A stretch of 64,000 bases of DNA from a virus (Duplodnaviria; Heunggongvirae; Uroviricota; Caudoviricetes): IMG/VR virus record IMGVR_UViG_2916199983_000001. One strand, written 5' to 3'. The notes below the pieces were generated by a model, which was not told the origin of the DNA, ran no database searches, and was given only the letters and a program-made list of their open reading frames with translations. Position numbers and translations under genes: made by a program. Below are positions 9,628 to 19,302 of the stretch, one piece after another. How positions within the stretch are numbered: the first letter of the stretch is position 1; each line of letters begins with the position of its first letter.

Positions 9628-9927
9628 TTAGTTGTTGCCCAATGAACCGGCCATTGCTGCATATTTGATTTCATCAGCAGGGATCTCCGGGTGAAGTTTG
9701 ATTTGCCTGATGACATAGGCTGGGACTTCATCTCCCCAAAGTTTGGCGGCGTCTTTGCAAACTTTATATGCGAAATCTCTGTGTTCAAATGCGTAGGATT
9801 TGCCGTAAGCATACTGCTGGCAGTTATAGACGTAAGCGCCGTAATCTCCATCCTTATCCGGGAAAGCACAACCTGACAGTGTGAGAATCGTAGCGGTCAG
9901 AGTCAGAGTTTTGATCATGCTTTTCAT
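9628..9927 (-). CDS. lipoprotein
   Basis: Signal peptide plus lipobox LSGC (MKSMIKTLTLTATILTLSGC). Confidence 0.6.
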   Translation of the reverse strand: MKSMIKTLTLTATILTLSGCAFPDKDGDYGAYVYNCQQYAYGKSYAFEHRDFAYKVCKDAAKLWGDEVPAYVIRQIKLHPEIPADEIKYAAMAGSLGNN

Positions 9928-9937
9928 CGTTTTATCC

Positions 9938-10363
9938 TTAAAACTCAGGTTTCATTTGATCAGGGAATTTCTTGTATGCCGCGTAATAGCTTCCCAGCGT
10001 GTAGGCTTTCAACTGCTGCTCAGTATCAACACGACATGAGGCGTCGTAACAAGCTCCACTGATTATTCCGTATCCCGCAGCCTTCTTGTTCAGATCGGAC
10101 TTTGCTTCCTCAACACTATTTTTGCCCATCGTCACTACGCATCCGGAAACAATGGCCTGGGCCTTGTGGTCGTCCATTGTTAGGATCACCGTGTTGGCCA
10201 GTTTGCTGTAACCATTGTTCTTGTACACATCGGCAGCGAACTCGCGGCATTCTGAGTAGTACGGGCTTGTTTTTATCTCGGCATAATCAGGTACCTTCAT
10301 GCCGGCACAACCAACCATTCCGAAGCACATCGCTGTTATCAGCGTGTTTTTTATTCTATCCAT
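9938..10363 (-). CDS. lipoprotein
   Basis: Signal peptide plus lipobox MVGC (MDRIKNTLITAMCFGMVGC). Several Cys residues lie in the mature part. Confidence 0.6.
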   Translation of the reverse strand: MDRIKNTLITAMCFGMVGCAGMKVPDYAEIKTSPYYSECREFAADVYKNNGYSKLANTVILTMDDHKAQAIVSGCVVTMGKNSVEEAKSDLNKKAAGYGIISGACYDASCRVDTEQQLKAYTLGSYYAAYKKFPDQMKPEF

Positions 10364-10739
10364 AACCCAGGGACTCCATTTTGAAAACCAAATGATTTAA
10401 TTCAGTACCATCGTTGGTGGGTGGTATGTTCCCAAATTTTCCAAAATAAACAAGATCATCCCTACAAAAACTGTGGGTCTGGAAAGGTGTTCAGTTGGAG
10501 GGAGATTGTGAGAATGGAAAAATAAATATTGCACAAAGTTTAAGGTCATGACTTAATAGTGGCGTCGGTTTGCAAGACAGACCTTATGAAAGCAGTTTTA
10601 GTAAAGCAGTCCGTAGTTCAGGTGTTATCCAACAGATTTCCCTTCTTCGTGAGTCTCCTCCTAAGTGCCCAAGTAAGTCCCACTCTATCAGACCAAATTC
10701 GCCGCGTTGTGTGGCTCTCGAATCAAGAAGGTAATATCT

Positions 10740-10955
10740 ATGTCTAACAAAATGACTGGTTTAGTAAAATGGTTTAACGCTGATAAAGGCTTCGGCTTTA
10801 TCACTCCTGCTGATGGTAGCAAAGATGTGTTCGTTCACTTCTCTGCAATCCAGAGCAATGACTTCCGTACCCTGGATGAAGGCCAGAAAGTTGAGTTCTC
10901 TATCGAGAATGGCGCTAAAGGCCCGGCAGCAGCAAACGTTGTAGCCTTAAGCTAA
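10740..10955 (+). CDS. cspA: cold-shock protein CspA family
   Basis: [23 protein letters not shown]...VFVHFSAIQ matches the CspA RNP1/RNP2 motifs. An SD AAGGTAATATCT precedes the ATG at 10740. A long 5' leader follows, as in cspA. Confidence 0.85.
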   Translation: MSNKMTGLVKWFNADKGFGFITPADGSKDVFVHFSAIQSNDFRTLDEGQKVEFSIENGAKGPAAANVVALS

Positions 10956-11085
10956 TACACTCTGGTAATCCATTTGCTGCGATAACGAAGACGGCTTTAG
11001 CCTGAGTAGACAGAACGATGTGATTATCAGACGGTGAAAGGCTGATCTGGCGGCATTCGCCCGACCAACACGCCACCAATAAATG

Positions 11086-11110
11086 AAACCCGCCAATCGG
11101 CGGGTTTTTT
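11086..11110 (+). terminator. rho-independent terminator
   Basis: AAACCCGCCaatcGGCGGGTTTTTTGTTT, positioned after cspA. Confidence 0.7.
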
Positions 11111-11112
11111 GT

Positions 11113-11556
11113 TTATGCGACTTTCGTACCAAAAATGTTGGATAGCGTGACTCTGGTCTGGCGTTTCAGCCTGTACTGTCTCACATCGCCAATCTTGTTC
11201 ACTTCCATAAACTCTTTGGCCACCTTCAGCACCAGCCGATTGCGGAACACTTTGAACGCCTCCAGCTGTTCCTCTGGATTATCCGATTCGTAAATCTCCA
11301 GCAGATACTGGCACGCCTTCGGATCTTGCGTTTTAAGCGCCAGCGCTCTGGCACATTTACGCAGACGACTGACTTTATCGGCACCATCCAGCCAGGCGAA
11401 CGCCAGCGCCAGATCTAACGTGACCGGGCAGTCGATGATCTCCCAGAACTGCGACCGCATGGTGGCCGCAACTGCTTTATCCTGAAAATCCGCTGGGATA
11501 GCCGCCAGCGCTTGTGCAATCTTCTGTGCCTCGTTCATGGTGTTCTCTTTATTCAT
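11113..11556 (-). CDS. hypothetical protein
   Basis: 147-codon ORF. Its start overlaps the dnaE stop at 11553..11556, so the two are coupled. Confidence 0.5.
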   Translation of the reverse strand: MNKENTMNEAQKIAQALAAIPADFQDKAVAATMRSQFWEIIDCPVTLDLALAFAWLDGADKVSRLRKCARALALKTQDPKACQYLLEIYESDNPEEQLEAFKVFRNRLVLKVAKEFMEVNKIGDVRQYRLKRQTRVTLSNIFGTKVA

Positions 11557-14500
11557 TTGCTAATAGTCTCCGCTACCTCTGCCAGAATTGCTTCCAGCTT
11601 TTCGCCTTCCTCTGGGCGAAAGTACAAAATGTTCGGGTTAAATCCGTAGAAAACGGTCACATCCAGCTCTGGCAGGTACTCTTTGCGTCCAACCAGGTCG
11701 GATGGTTTGCTCTTGTTGTTGAAGAGTGACGTCGCCCGGCTGCCACACGTCAGCACATAGGTCGGACGCACCAGATTGATCTCTTCACGCATAAAGTCGG
11801 TGAACTGGCCGATCTCGTCTTTGGTGTAGTCCTTTTCTTTGTCTTTCACCTTTTTGCACACGCCGGTGACGTAGAGATCGCCCATGCGCAGATCGCCTGC
11901 AGTAAGCAACTTCGCCTTAAAGTCGTCGTAGCCGTTCTCCATGAAGTAGCCGGTACGCCCATCATTGCCGTTCGCGTTGTCCAGAATGACCATGATTTTC
12001 GGCTTAATGCCAATGCTTGGGCGAATCAGGTCGTCTCCCAGACCCATTTCGGCCGCCATGCGAGTCATCAGTACATTCACTTCAGCAGAGCGCTTAGGGT
12101 TCATCTCGAACGGTCGAGAGGCTTTTACAGCGTCGATCACCAGATTGCCCATCAACTCTGCCTGGTCGCGCAGCCGTTCCGGATCTGTCGCTGGCAGACT
12201 GCCAGGCTCAATCGATGCGAACGCACCTACTTTTTGCAGTGACTCGCGTACCCGGCTGTTACACGCATGCTTCTCGACCGCCTCCTCAAATTGCTCAAGT
12301 GACTCGAATTTGCCGCCAACTTTCTCACGCGCTCTCATGATGGCTTGGCAACCATTCTCAGAACAGCCTTTCACAGCAGAGAATGGCGCATACAGAACCT
12401 GGCTGCCGTCTTCCAGCGTGCGGATCTCAATTCGGTTAGATGACACGTTAACGTCTGGTGGCAATACGCGAATGCCATAGGTCAGCGCATCCTTAACCAG
12501 CCCCTGGTGTTTATCCTCGCCCAGAATGGTGAGCGCAGCAGCGAAGAACTCAGCAGGGTAATGTGTCTTTAACCACATAGACTGATAGCTGATCAGCGAG
12601 TAGGCAACGGAGTGTGATTTGTTGAACTGATACGCACCGTTCTTCTCGAAGGCATCCCAGATCTCCTTAGCTTTCGTCTCAGACAAGCCCGGTTGTGACC
12701 CTGTAACGCGTACAGCAGCCATAGGCAATTTCACACCTGCCTCCAGCGCTTCTTCGACCGTCCGCAGTGCGCCGTCCTCACATTTGAAGTGTTCCGCGCG
12801 GTGAATACGCTGCGTGGTGCCGTCTTCCATCTCAACATCGATCCAACCACCTTGAGCCTGAACGACGAACTTCTCGCCCATGCTCTTCATCTTTTCCATA
12901 TCCTTTTTACCGATCGCTTTACGCACACCATCTGCTTCGGCCATCGTGAAGCCGGCCAGCAATCGTGTCGCGTTCATCGTCTGTTCCTGATACAGAATCA
13001 CGCCGTTGGTTTCCGCGGTAAGTTCGTCCAGTACCGGGTGCAGCGACTGTGGAGCCATGAAGCCTTTGGCCACGGAGACATAGTCGTCCAACATGCCGGA
13101 TTGAATCGGGCCAGGTCGGAAGAGTGCGGTCGTGGCGACAACGGTTTTGAAGCTCATTGGTTCAATGCCGCCGCCAAGATCTTTAAGCAGCTTGCGCATG
13201 GGGCCGGACTCCAGCTGGAATACGCCCTGAGTGTACCCTGCAGCGAACCCATCCAGAACCTTGCGATCGTCCAGTGGGATCGCATCGAGATTGATGTCAT
13301 CCCCGGTGCTCTCTTTGATGTAGCGTTTCGCGCTATCCAGCAGATCGAGCGTTGCCAGACCGAGAACGTCCAACTTAATCAGCCCCATCGCCTCGCAGTA
13401 ACGTTTATCGAATGCAATACAGCGAGCGTTGCCACGCAGCTCGACGGGCGTGCGCTCTACCAGTGGAACGCCAGCGACGATCATCCCCGCTGCGTGACGG
13501 CCAAAACCACGCATCAGGCTTTGCAGCTTACACGCCGCTTTGAACGCTTCCGGGTTTTTCGTGGCGTATTTGTCCAGGCTGGCCAGTTGCTCGCGCAGCT
13601 CTTCCAGTGACAGGCTATCGTCCTCCAGATTCTTGAACTCTTTGGATACCGCCATATCAGCAGCGTCGACACCGTAAATACGCGCAGTGTCACGCAGCGC
13701 AGAAGCGGCGCCCAGATAGGTGAAGTTCGGAATACCGGCAACGTAATCTTCGCCATAGCGTTCATTCAGATACTCGATCACCTCATGACGACGTGCCTGG
13801 CTGAAGTCCAGATCCGCATCCGGCAAGTCTAGACGTTCAGGGTTGATGAAACGCTCAAACAGAAGACCGTGACGGATAGGATCTACGTTGGTTATGCCTA
13901 TGCACCACGCCACCAGAGAACCGGCAGAGGAACCACGACCAGGCCCGACAGGAATGCCAGTTTCACGGCTGTGATTCATCAGGTCGCGCACCATCAGGAA
14001 GTAGCCACAGAAGCCCAGGCGGGTCAGCGTGTCCATTTCGTACTTCAGGCGATCAACATACACACGGTGCTCAGAAGCCGGTGGGGTGTAGCCAAACTCT
14101 TTGGTAGTAAGACGCTTGCGCAGCCCCGCGACAGCCAGCTTCATCAGCGTTGCAGGTTCGTCGTCTGCCATCTTGGGCAGTGCTGGTGGCAATTCATGCC
14201 AGCGCCATGTGCAGGCTTCAATAATAGTGTCCTGCGTTGTTGAGGCCATTGCAGCTATTACCGGCACATCCATTCGAACGGAGAAGGCTTTCAGTGCTTC
14301 AAGGAGATGGCGGCGACCATTAACGGCGTTATCTCGCTGGTGGGGAATACGCAGACGATGCGGCTGGTCGATTTTGATGTTGTTCGTAACCATGTGCGCA
14401 ATGTCTTTAATGTCAGCGTCGTCGACCGCTTCGTAATAAGCGGGATAGAATGCCACTGGCTCTATTTTCAGTGCGCTCGCCACTTTCATCGCCCGGACGT

Positions 14501-15071
14501 TAATCTGGTCGTAGAATGGGGTAGGGTGCGGATAAACCACGCTGTAGAAGTTATCGCGTCCTCCAGCTGTCACCAGCGTCCCGATAATCTTTGCGAAGTC
14601 CCGGCGCTGGAATACACTGCCAATGTCAGACGTCAGCAGGATGATGTTGCCTTTGGCATATGCGGCCGCCAGCTGGTCAAGCGCCAGACGCGGGACAAAG
14701 TAGAATTGCTCGCGCTTGTTGGCTAAGGTCATCAGTTCGCACACGTCGCGATAACCTTGCTCATTCTTTATCAGTGCCGTGAAGCAGTAGCTGCGATCAC
14801 GTACCAATGATCCCATACATCCCCCTGACTCTTTCGCAAGGCGGGCGCGGTGCTCGTATGTCGGATCGTCGACAACATTCAGCTTAACACCACAAATAAC
14901 CGCCATGTCGTCGCCAGCGGCACGTTGCAGGGGGATCACACTGGCAATGTTCATGCTGTCAGCGGAAATGACAGCGGTGTAGCCAGCGTCTCTCGCGATT
15001 TTCACCGCGTTTTCTGCTTTTAGAGCCGACTCTCCCAGGGAGAAGTCAGTTCTGACCATCAGAGCCTTCAT
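11553..15071 (-). CDS. dnaE: DNA polymerase III alpha subunit (DnaE-type, with N-terminal PHP domain)
   Basis: 1172 aa. The N-terminus has PHP motifs. The core is Pol III alpha-like (GIPVGPGRGSSAGSLVAWCIGITNVDP, FERFINPER, DLDFS). The ATG is preceded by an AAAGGT SD. Confidence 0.9.
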   Translation of the reverse strand: MKALMVRTDFSLGESALKAENAVKIARDAGYTAVISADSMNIASVIPLQRAAGDDMAVICGVKLNVVDDPTYEHRARLAKESGGCMGSLVRDRSYCFTALIKNEQGYRDVCELMTLANKREQFYFVPRLALDQLAAAYAKGNIILLTSDIGSVFQRRDFAKIIGTLVTAGGRDNFYSVVYPHPTPFYDQINVRAMKVASALKIEPVAFYPAYYEAVDDADIKDIAHMVTNNIKIDQPHRLRIPHQRDNAVNGRRHLLEALKAFSVRMDVPVIAAMASTTQDTIIEACTWRWHELPPALPKMADDEPATLMKLAVAGLRKRLTTKEFGYTPPASEHRVYVDRLKYEMDTLTRLGFCGYFLMVRDLMNHSRETGIPVGPGRGSSAGSLVAWCIGITNVDPIRHGLLFERFINPERLDLPDADLDFSQARRHEVIEYLNERYGEDYVAGIPNFTYLGAASALRDTARIYGVDAADMAVSKEFKNLEDDSLSLEELREQLASLDKYATKNPEAFKAACKLQSLMRGFGRHAAGMIVAGVPLVERTPVELRGNARCIAFDKRYCEAMGLIKLDVLGLATLDLLDSAKRYIKESTGDDINLDAIPLDDRKVLDGFAAGYTQGVFQLESGPMRKLLKDLGGGIEPMSFKTVVATTALFRPGPIQSGMLDDYVSVAKGFMAPQSLHPVLDELTAETNGVILYQEQTMNATRLLAGFTMAEADGVRKAIGKKDMEKMKSMGEKFVVQAQGGWIDVEMEDGTTQRIHRAEHFKCEDGALRTVEEALEAGVKLPMAAVRVTGSQPGLSETKAKEIWDAFEKNGAYQFNKSHSVAYSLISYQSMWLKTHYPAEFFAAALTILGEDKHQGLVKDALTYGIRVLPPDVNVSSNRIEIRTLEDGSQVLYAPFSAVKGCSENGCQAIMRAREKVGGKFESLEQFEEAVEKHACNSRVRESLQKVGAFASIEPGSLPATDPERLRDQAELMGNLVIDAVKASRPFEMNPKRSAEVNVLMTRMAAEMGLGDDLIRPSIGIKPKIMVILDNANGNDGRTGYFMENGYDDFKAKLLTAGDLRMGDLYVTGVCKKVKDKEKDYTKDEIGQFTDFMREEINLVRPTYVLTCGSRATSLFNNKSKPSDLVGRKEYLPELDVTVFYGFNPNILYFRPEEGEKLEAILAEVAETISK

Positions 15072-15249
15072 GTGTTTTTACCTTTCTGGTTTTCTTGATT
15101 TTGTCATTGGGGAAGCCAACGAACTTCCCATACATCGAAATCGCAACCTCTTTGGCTGACTGGTGGCACTCGGACCTATCCGGACACGCCAGACAAGCCC
15201 GGCCAGTTTCAGACGCTGCGATAAGAGAGCCGAAACATCCTTTACGCAC
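15046..15249 (-). CDS. small Cys-rich ORF (GTG start), doubtful
   Basis: 67 codons. It overlaps the dnaE start by 26 nt in another frame and contains CLACPDRSEC. Confidence 0.2.
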   Translation of the reverse strand: MRKGCFGSLIAASETGRACLACPDRSECHQSAKEVAISMYGKFVGFPNDKIKKTRKVKTHEGSDGQN

Positions 15250-15251
15250 GA

Positions 15252-16487
15252 TTAACCGAAGATCTTCTGAACCACTTCACGCGCTGCCTGTGCAGACGTG
15301 GATGGAAGTTTATTGATAAACGACTTTTCGATGCCGGCAGAGAAATCACCGCGCATCATTCCGATTTTTGCGGACAGCAGCAGCTCGCGAGGGCCGATTG
15401 GCTGGCTGATCAGATGCTGTTCATAACCTTCACGGACAAGGTTCGCGAATTTCACCATCTTCTCGGCGTATTCGCGGATGACGCCAGCCTCAGCCAGCAT
15501 GTTGACTTCAGCCTTAGTGCTCATGTACTTCACGTTCGAAACAATGCCGAAGCGCGAGAAGTTCGCCGCGTTCTGGATGTTCGTTCCTTGATAGAGACCC
15601 GTTTCGTCGCCAGAGCCGTTAGTGTTGCCAGTGCCAATGAAGGCAAAGCGTTTATGCGGAGTGATACGGCGCCAGTCCGGAGTTGCCTCTTTGATGATCA
15701 GCGGCTCTCCTTCAAGAACTGGCTGGTACACACCCAGAATCTGCGGGAACGCGAAGTCATATTCATCAGCGAGGTACACCCAGCCATTTTTCATCGCCAG
15801 CGCCAGCAAACCCGGCTCGAAGTAGGTGGAGCCATCGCGAGCGAGGATCTGGCCTGTAACGTGTGCTTCTTCCATAGACGCCGTATGCTGGGCGCGGATC
15901 AGTGGTCGATTCAGCAGGGCGCATAGCTGCGTAGGAAGAGAAGATTTACCGGTTCCTGCATGACCCCAGAGATAGCCTGGGATTCCGATTTCCAGCATCA
16001 TGAAGATGTCTTTAATCAGGTCGAAGTCGCCATACACATAGTTCTTCTTCGCTTCCGGTACGAACTCCGGATATGGCGTGTTGACGTTGACTGTCACCTG
16101 TAGTGGTTTTCCGCGTGGCGTTCCCAGCTCTTTGATCGTTACGCCAAGCAGCTCGTGCGCGGCCACCAGTTCAGTCTTGTATTCGACCGTTCCTACGTAG
16201 CCCGGATGTGCGCTAATCTCCGCTACTTTTCCTTCGCCTGAATGCTTTTCGGCAAGCTTCTCATTGAGTTTGGCCAGTGCCGTGCGAGAGATCGTTGGTT
16301 CATCCGGAAACGCAGAGGTGTACATTTTCACCACTTCGTCCACGTCCAGACCCTTCGCGGACTCAGGAATGTTTTCGCAACGGCCCATAGAGATATGGGA
16401 TTTCAGGTAATGAAAGGATTTGCCACACCACTTGCAGACGATGGCTTCCGGCAAATGTTCTTCTTGCTGTAGTGCAGTAGCGGTCAT
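15252..16487 (-). CDS. AAA+ ATPase, CobS/MoxR-like
   Basis: Walker A GHAGTGKSS. There is an N-terminal C2H2-like CKWCGKSFHYLKSH. It is paired with a downstream vWA gene, as in phage cobS/cobT. Confidence 0.65.
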   Translation of the reverse strand: MTATALQQEEHLPEAIVCKWCGKSFHYLKSHISMGRCENIPESAKGLDVDEVVKMYTSAFPDEPTISRTALAKLNEKLAEKHSGEGKVAEISAHPGYVGTVEYKTELVAAHELLGVTIKELGTPRGKPLQVTVNVNTPYPEFVPEAKKNYVYGDFDLIKDIFMMLEIGIPGYLWGHAGTGKSSLPTQLCALLNRPLIRAQHTASMEEAHVTGQILARDGSTYFEPGLLALAMKNGWVYLADEYDFAFPQILGVYQPVLEGEPLIIKEATPDWRRITPHKRFAFIGTGNTNGSGDETGLYQGTNIQNAANFSRFGIVSNVKYMSTKAEVNMLAEAGVIREYAEKMVKFANLVREGYEQHLISQPIGPRELLLSAKIGMMRGDFSAGIEKSFINKLPSTSAQAAREVVQKIFG

Positions 16488-16583
16488 GTGTTTTTCCTTA
16501 CTGTTTGTCGTTCGTGGGGTATATCTTATATAAATATATTAGTCTGTATAGTAAGTGATTACTTATTTTTACGGGTAAAACAA

Positions 16584-18980
16584 TTACCCAAGAATGATAC
16601 GAGATAGCTCAGTGACGACTGACGGCCCTAACTCTTCTACGCTGTTTACCAGTGCGTAATTTTTGTAGTAACGCCGTGGTGCGTCGGTCAGAACGCCGAT
16701 AGCCATCAAATCGATGTCACTCAACGTCTCAATTTCTTTGGTGACGGTTCGCAAATGCTGATGGAACCCATCGCCTGCAGCACATGGCGCCCCGTCGCTC
16801 ATAACCAGCATGATCTTCTTGTCCTCCATTCGCCCTGCAAACAGAGTCGCCAGCTGCGCGACGCTCTCACCATCGACGTTATTGAGCAGGGGGAACGTCT
16901 CACACACGCAGCCCATGCGGGCGCGGATCTCTGGAGAGTTAGCTTTCTCATTCCAGTTTTTGATAATGGGCAGCATTAGCGCCTCGAAACGAGTAAACCC
17001 GCGCTTCGACATGGTTTCATAATCCGGACTACCAAACGTGGTAAAGCCGGTGATGATGTTAGGCACATTGATACGATCCAGAGCATCCGCAATGGTGTAG
17101 GCGCTGGCGAGTGCCAGTTGAATCTTCCTGCCGCCCATTGAGCCGGACAAGTCGATCACCTGCTGGACGCACGCGTTCACGGCTCTGTGGTCTTCTTTCT
17201 TGCGGAATACGCGGTCGTCGTTCATTGCCAGACGATACAGGTTCGCGCCATGTATCCGCCCACGTCTCTGGCCTGGGATAAACTGAACTCGGTTGCGGCT
17301 GGCGATAGCTCGCTCTAGGTCTTTGGCCAGAGTCGAAGAAACGCCTGCTGACAGATGTTTTTCGATTTTCAGTTCAAAGAGTTTTCTACCTTCCGGAACC
17401 ATGCGGTAGCGATCGACCGGTGAGTGCATTGGGATTGCGCCGAACGTCTTTCTGGTGCGCTTTACATGCTCTTCAGCCTCATCAATCAACCCGATAAAGT
17501 CGTATGAACGATCGTATGGGCGATACTCAGAAAGTGAGGTACTCATAAGCTCTTTGCTGATGGTGGCCGACAGCGCGTCTTCGGTCATTTCGCCTGTTCC
17601 GTCTTCCATCTCGTCGAGCGCCTTGAGTGCTTCCTCCAGAGTCATTTCATCCGGAGCGGGAACAAAACCTGACTCACTGTCTTCAGGCGCTTCCGCGGCA
17701 TCTTCATTTTCTTTGCCTTCGCCGTCTGTGTGATCGGCTGCGTCATCTTCCTCTTCTCCTTCTCCTTCTCCTTCTCCTTCTCCTTCTCCTTCTCCTTCGG
17801 ACTCCCCGTGACCAGCATCAGAGTCTTCGCCGTCATCACTATCACCATCGCCAGCGGCGCCAGAGCCATAACCATCGGAGTCATCGGCGTCTTCGCGAAT
17901 GCCATCACCAAGCGTTGGAGAGCCAGTGTCATCACTACTACCTTCGTCATCAGAATCACCTGATTCCATGCCGGCATCATCGGATTCTGGGGTGTCTCCT
18001 GATTCCTCTTCGCCTGCTTCTGTATATTTACTTTCTGTATCACTAATTTCTTTATCTTCTGTAGGTAAGTCCCTATCTACTGATTCAGGCAAATCAGAAT
18101 CCCCAGACTCTTCCTCTTCTGAGGCATCATCTTCTTGTTCTTCCTTGTCGTCGTCTTCGCCTTTGGTACGCTTTGGTGCTGATTCACTATGAGTCGGTTC
18201 ATCACCGGCTTCTGGGGTTTCCTCTGACTCGTCCTCACTCTTCGACGGCTTCCTAGCAGACGATTTCAGCTCTGGTAATTTGCCCTCTGGCTTGTCTTTC
18301 ATATCCTGCATGATTTGGGCGATAGCAGCTGCGACCTTCACACAGTCTTCTGTGTTCGACATATTGCGAACGGCCACGTCGATCCCATGTTCTTTGAGCA
18401 AGGCTACAGGCTTATCGATGAGGTGCCAGTGTTCTTCCATAAAGTCGATGAAAGGGCTTTGGCCATCCCAGGCGCGGACGACCGGGCAAAGGAAGAATTT
18501 CAGGAACAATTCACGCTGGTTGCCGTGGCAGATTGAAACCGCCTCTGACACTTTGCCCTTGAAGTATTTGTCGATCACCAGGTTCTGTGTGGCCAGCAAA
18601 TTGCGACGAGTTCCGTTGAATACCTGTCCCATTCTGCGTTCAATAAAAACGTCTTCCAGCGCGTTCCAAAGACCGGTAGACGGAGCCTTTCCTTTCTCGC
18701 GCATCTTCATTGCGACTTTCGGATCAGTAAAGAGGATATGGGCTACCTCATGGTCGAGAAAACCACGCACTGCGTTCATGAGGGTTGGCGATGCGTCGTC
18801 AGGTATAGATGGGATATTTACCAGCACTGGTTCGCCGCGCCGGTTGTAGCGGACATATGCTTCATTGCCTCGCTCTGCAACAGGTATCTGTTTACCTGAA
18901 AGCATCGCTACAACTCGTTTTACGCAGTCGCGGAAGTCCTGTACCTCTTTCAGCACAGATCTGGTCATGGCTTTGGACAT
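16584..18980 (-). CDS. CobT-like vWA-domain protein with a long acidic Gly/Glu/Asp repeat region
   Basis: The central region is (GE)n/DDxD-rich. The C-terminus has a vWA/MIDAS motif (DLSGSMGG). I place the start at ATG 18980, with AGGAAA 8 nt upstream. The track ORF begins at 19034. Confidence 0.65.
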   Translation of the reverse strand: MSKAMTRSVLKEVQDFRDCVKRVVAMLSGKQIPVAERGNEAYVRYNRRGEPVLVNIPSIPDDASPTLMNAVRGFLDHEVAHILFTDPKVAMKMREKGKAPSTGLWNALEDVFIERRMGQVFNGTRRNLLATQNLVIDKYFKGKVSEAVSICHGNQRELFLKFFLCPVVRAWDGQSPFIDFMEEHWHLIDKPVALLKEHGIDVAVRNMSNTEDCVKVAAAIAQIMQDMKDKPEGKLPELKSSARKPSKSEDESEETPEAGDEPTHSESAPKRTKGEDDDKEEQEDDASEEEESGDSDLPESVDRDLPTEDKEISDTESKYTEAGEEESGDTPESDDAGMESGDSDDEGSSDDTGSPTLGDGIREDADDSDGYGSGAAGDGDSDDGEDSDAGHGESEGEGEGEGEGEGEGEEEDDAADHTDGEGKENEDAAEAPEDSESGFVPAPDEMTLEEALKALDEMEDGTGEMTEDALSATISKELMSTSLSEYRPYDRSYDFIGLIDEAEEHVKRTRKTFGAIPMHSPVDRYRMVPEGRKLFELKIEKHLSAGVSSTLAKDLERAIASRNRVQFIPGQRRGRIHGANLYRLAMNDDRVFRKKEDHRAVNACVQQVIDLSGSMGGRKIQLALASAYTIADALDRINVPNIITGFTTFGSPDYETMSKRGFTRFEALMLPIIKNWNEKANSPEIRARMGCVCETFPLLNNVDGESVAQLATLFAGRMEDKKIMLVMSDGAPCAAGDGFHQHLRTVTKEIETLSDIDLMAIGVLTDAPRRYYKNYALVNSVEELGPSVVTELSRIILG

Positions 18981-18998
18981 GAGAATTTCCTTGTTATT

Positions 18999-19014
18999 AA
19001 AACAATTTGTTTTC
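18999..19014 (-). promoter_or_regulatory. AAACAA-T-TTGTTT palindromic leader motif (cobT-like gene copy)
   Basis: On the coding strand it reads GAAAACAAATTGTTTTAATAACAAGGAAATTCTCATG. Confidence 0.45.
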
Positions 19015-19089
19015 TGATGTGCGTAATTTATCACTGTACGAACAGGCGACTAAGCTGTTCGTACAGGCTTCTATCGGCAGGAATGTGTT

Positions 19090-19302
19090 TTAAATGGTTC
19101 TAACGGCAAGAGAGCCGCAGCCAGTATTGATGAGAGTGAAATGTTTATTTTTTAGCTCAAAAGTGAAAACCGTCGTATCAACCATCTCCACGGGAAGCTC
19201 TTCGGATTCCAATTCCGTCAGGATCGTTGCCACGCCATCCAGTCCAATCGCATACGCGTGTCCAACCTCAAGGGCGGTCAATTTAGAAGTTATATTTTTC
19301 AT
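19090..19302 (-). CDS. hypothetical protein
   Basis: 70-codon ORF only. Confidence 0.3.
   Translation of the reverse strand: MKNITSKLTALEVGHAYAIGLDGVATILTELESEELPVEMVDTTVFTFELKNKHFTLINTGCGSLAVRTI

Noticed and set aside
15046-15249. The 67-codon Cys-rich ORF as a real zinc-ribbon gene
   Set aside because: It is kept only at very low confidence. It needs a GTG start, it overlaps the dnaE start codon region, and no SD is evident.
17627-18046. ORFs 17627..18046 (+) and 17642..18043 (-), rich in Leu/His/Arg or Lys/Glu/Met, over the (GE)n repeat
   Set aside because: They are frame or antisense artefacts of the CTCCTT microsatellite inside the CobT-like gene. They are not independent genes and not a CRISPR-like array. 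The repeat units are 6 bp and contiguous, with no spacers.
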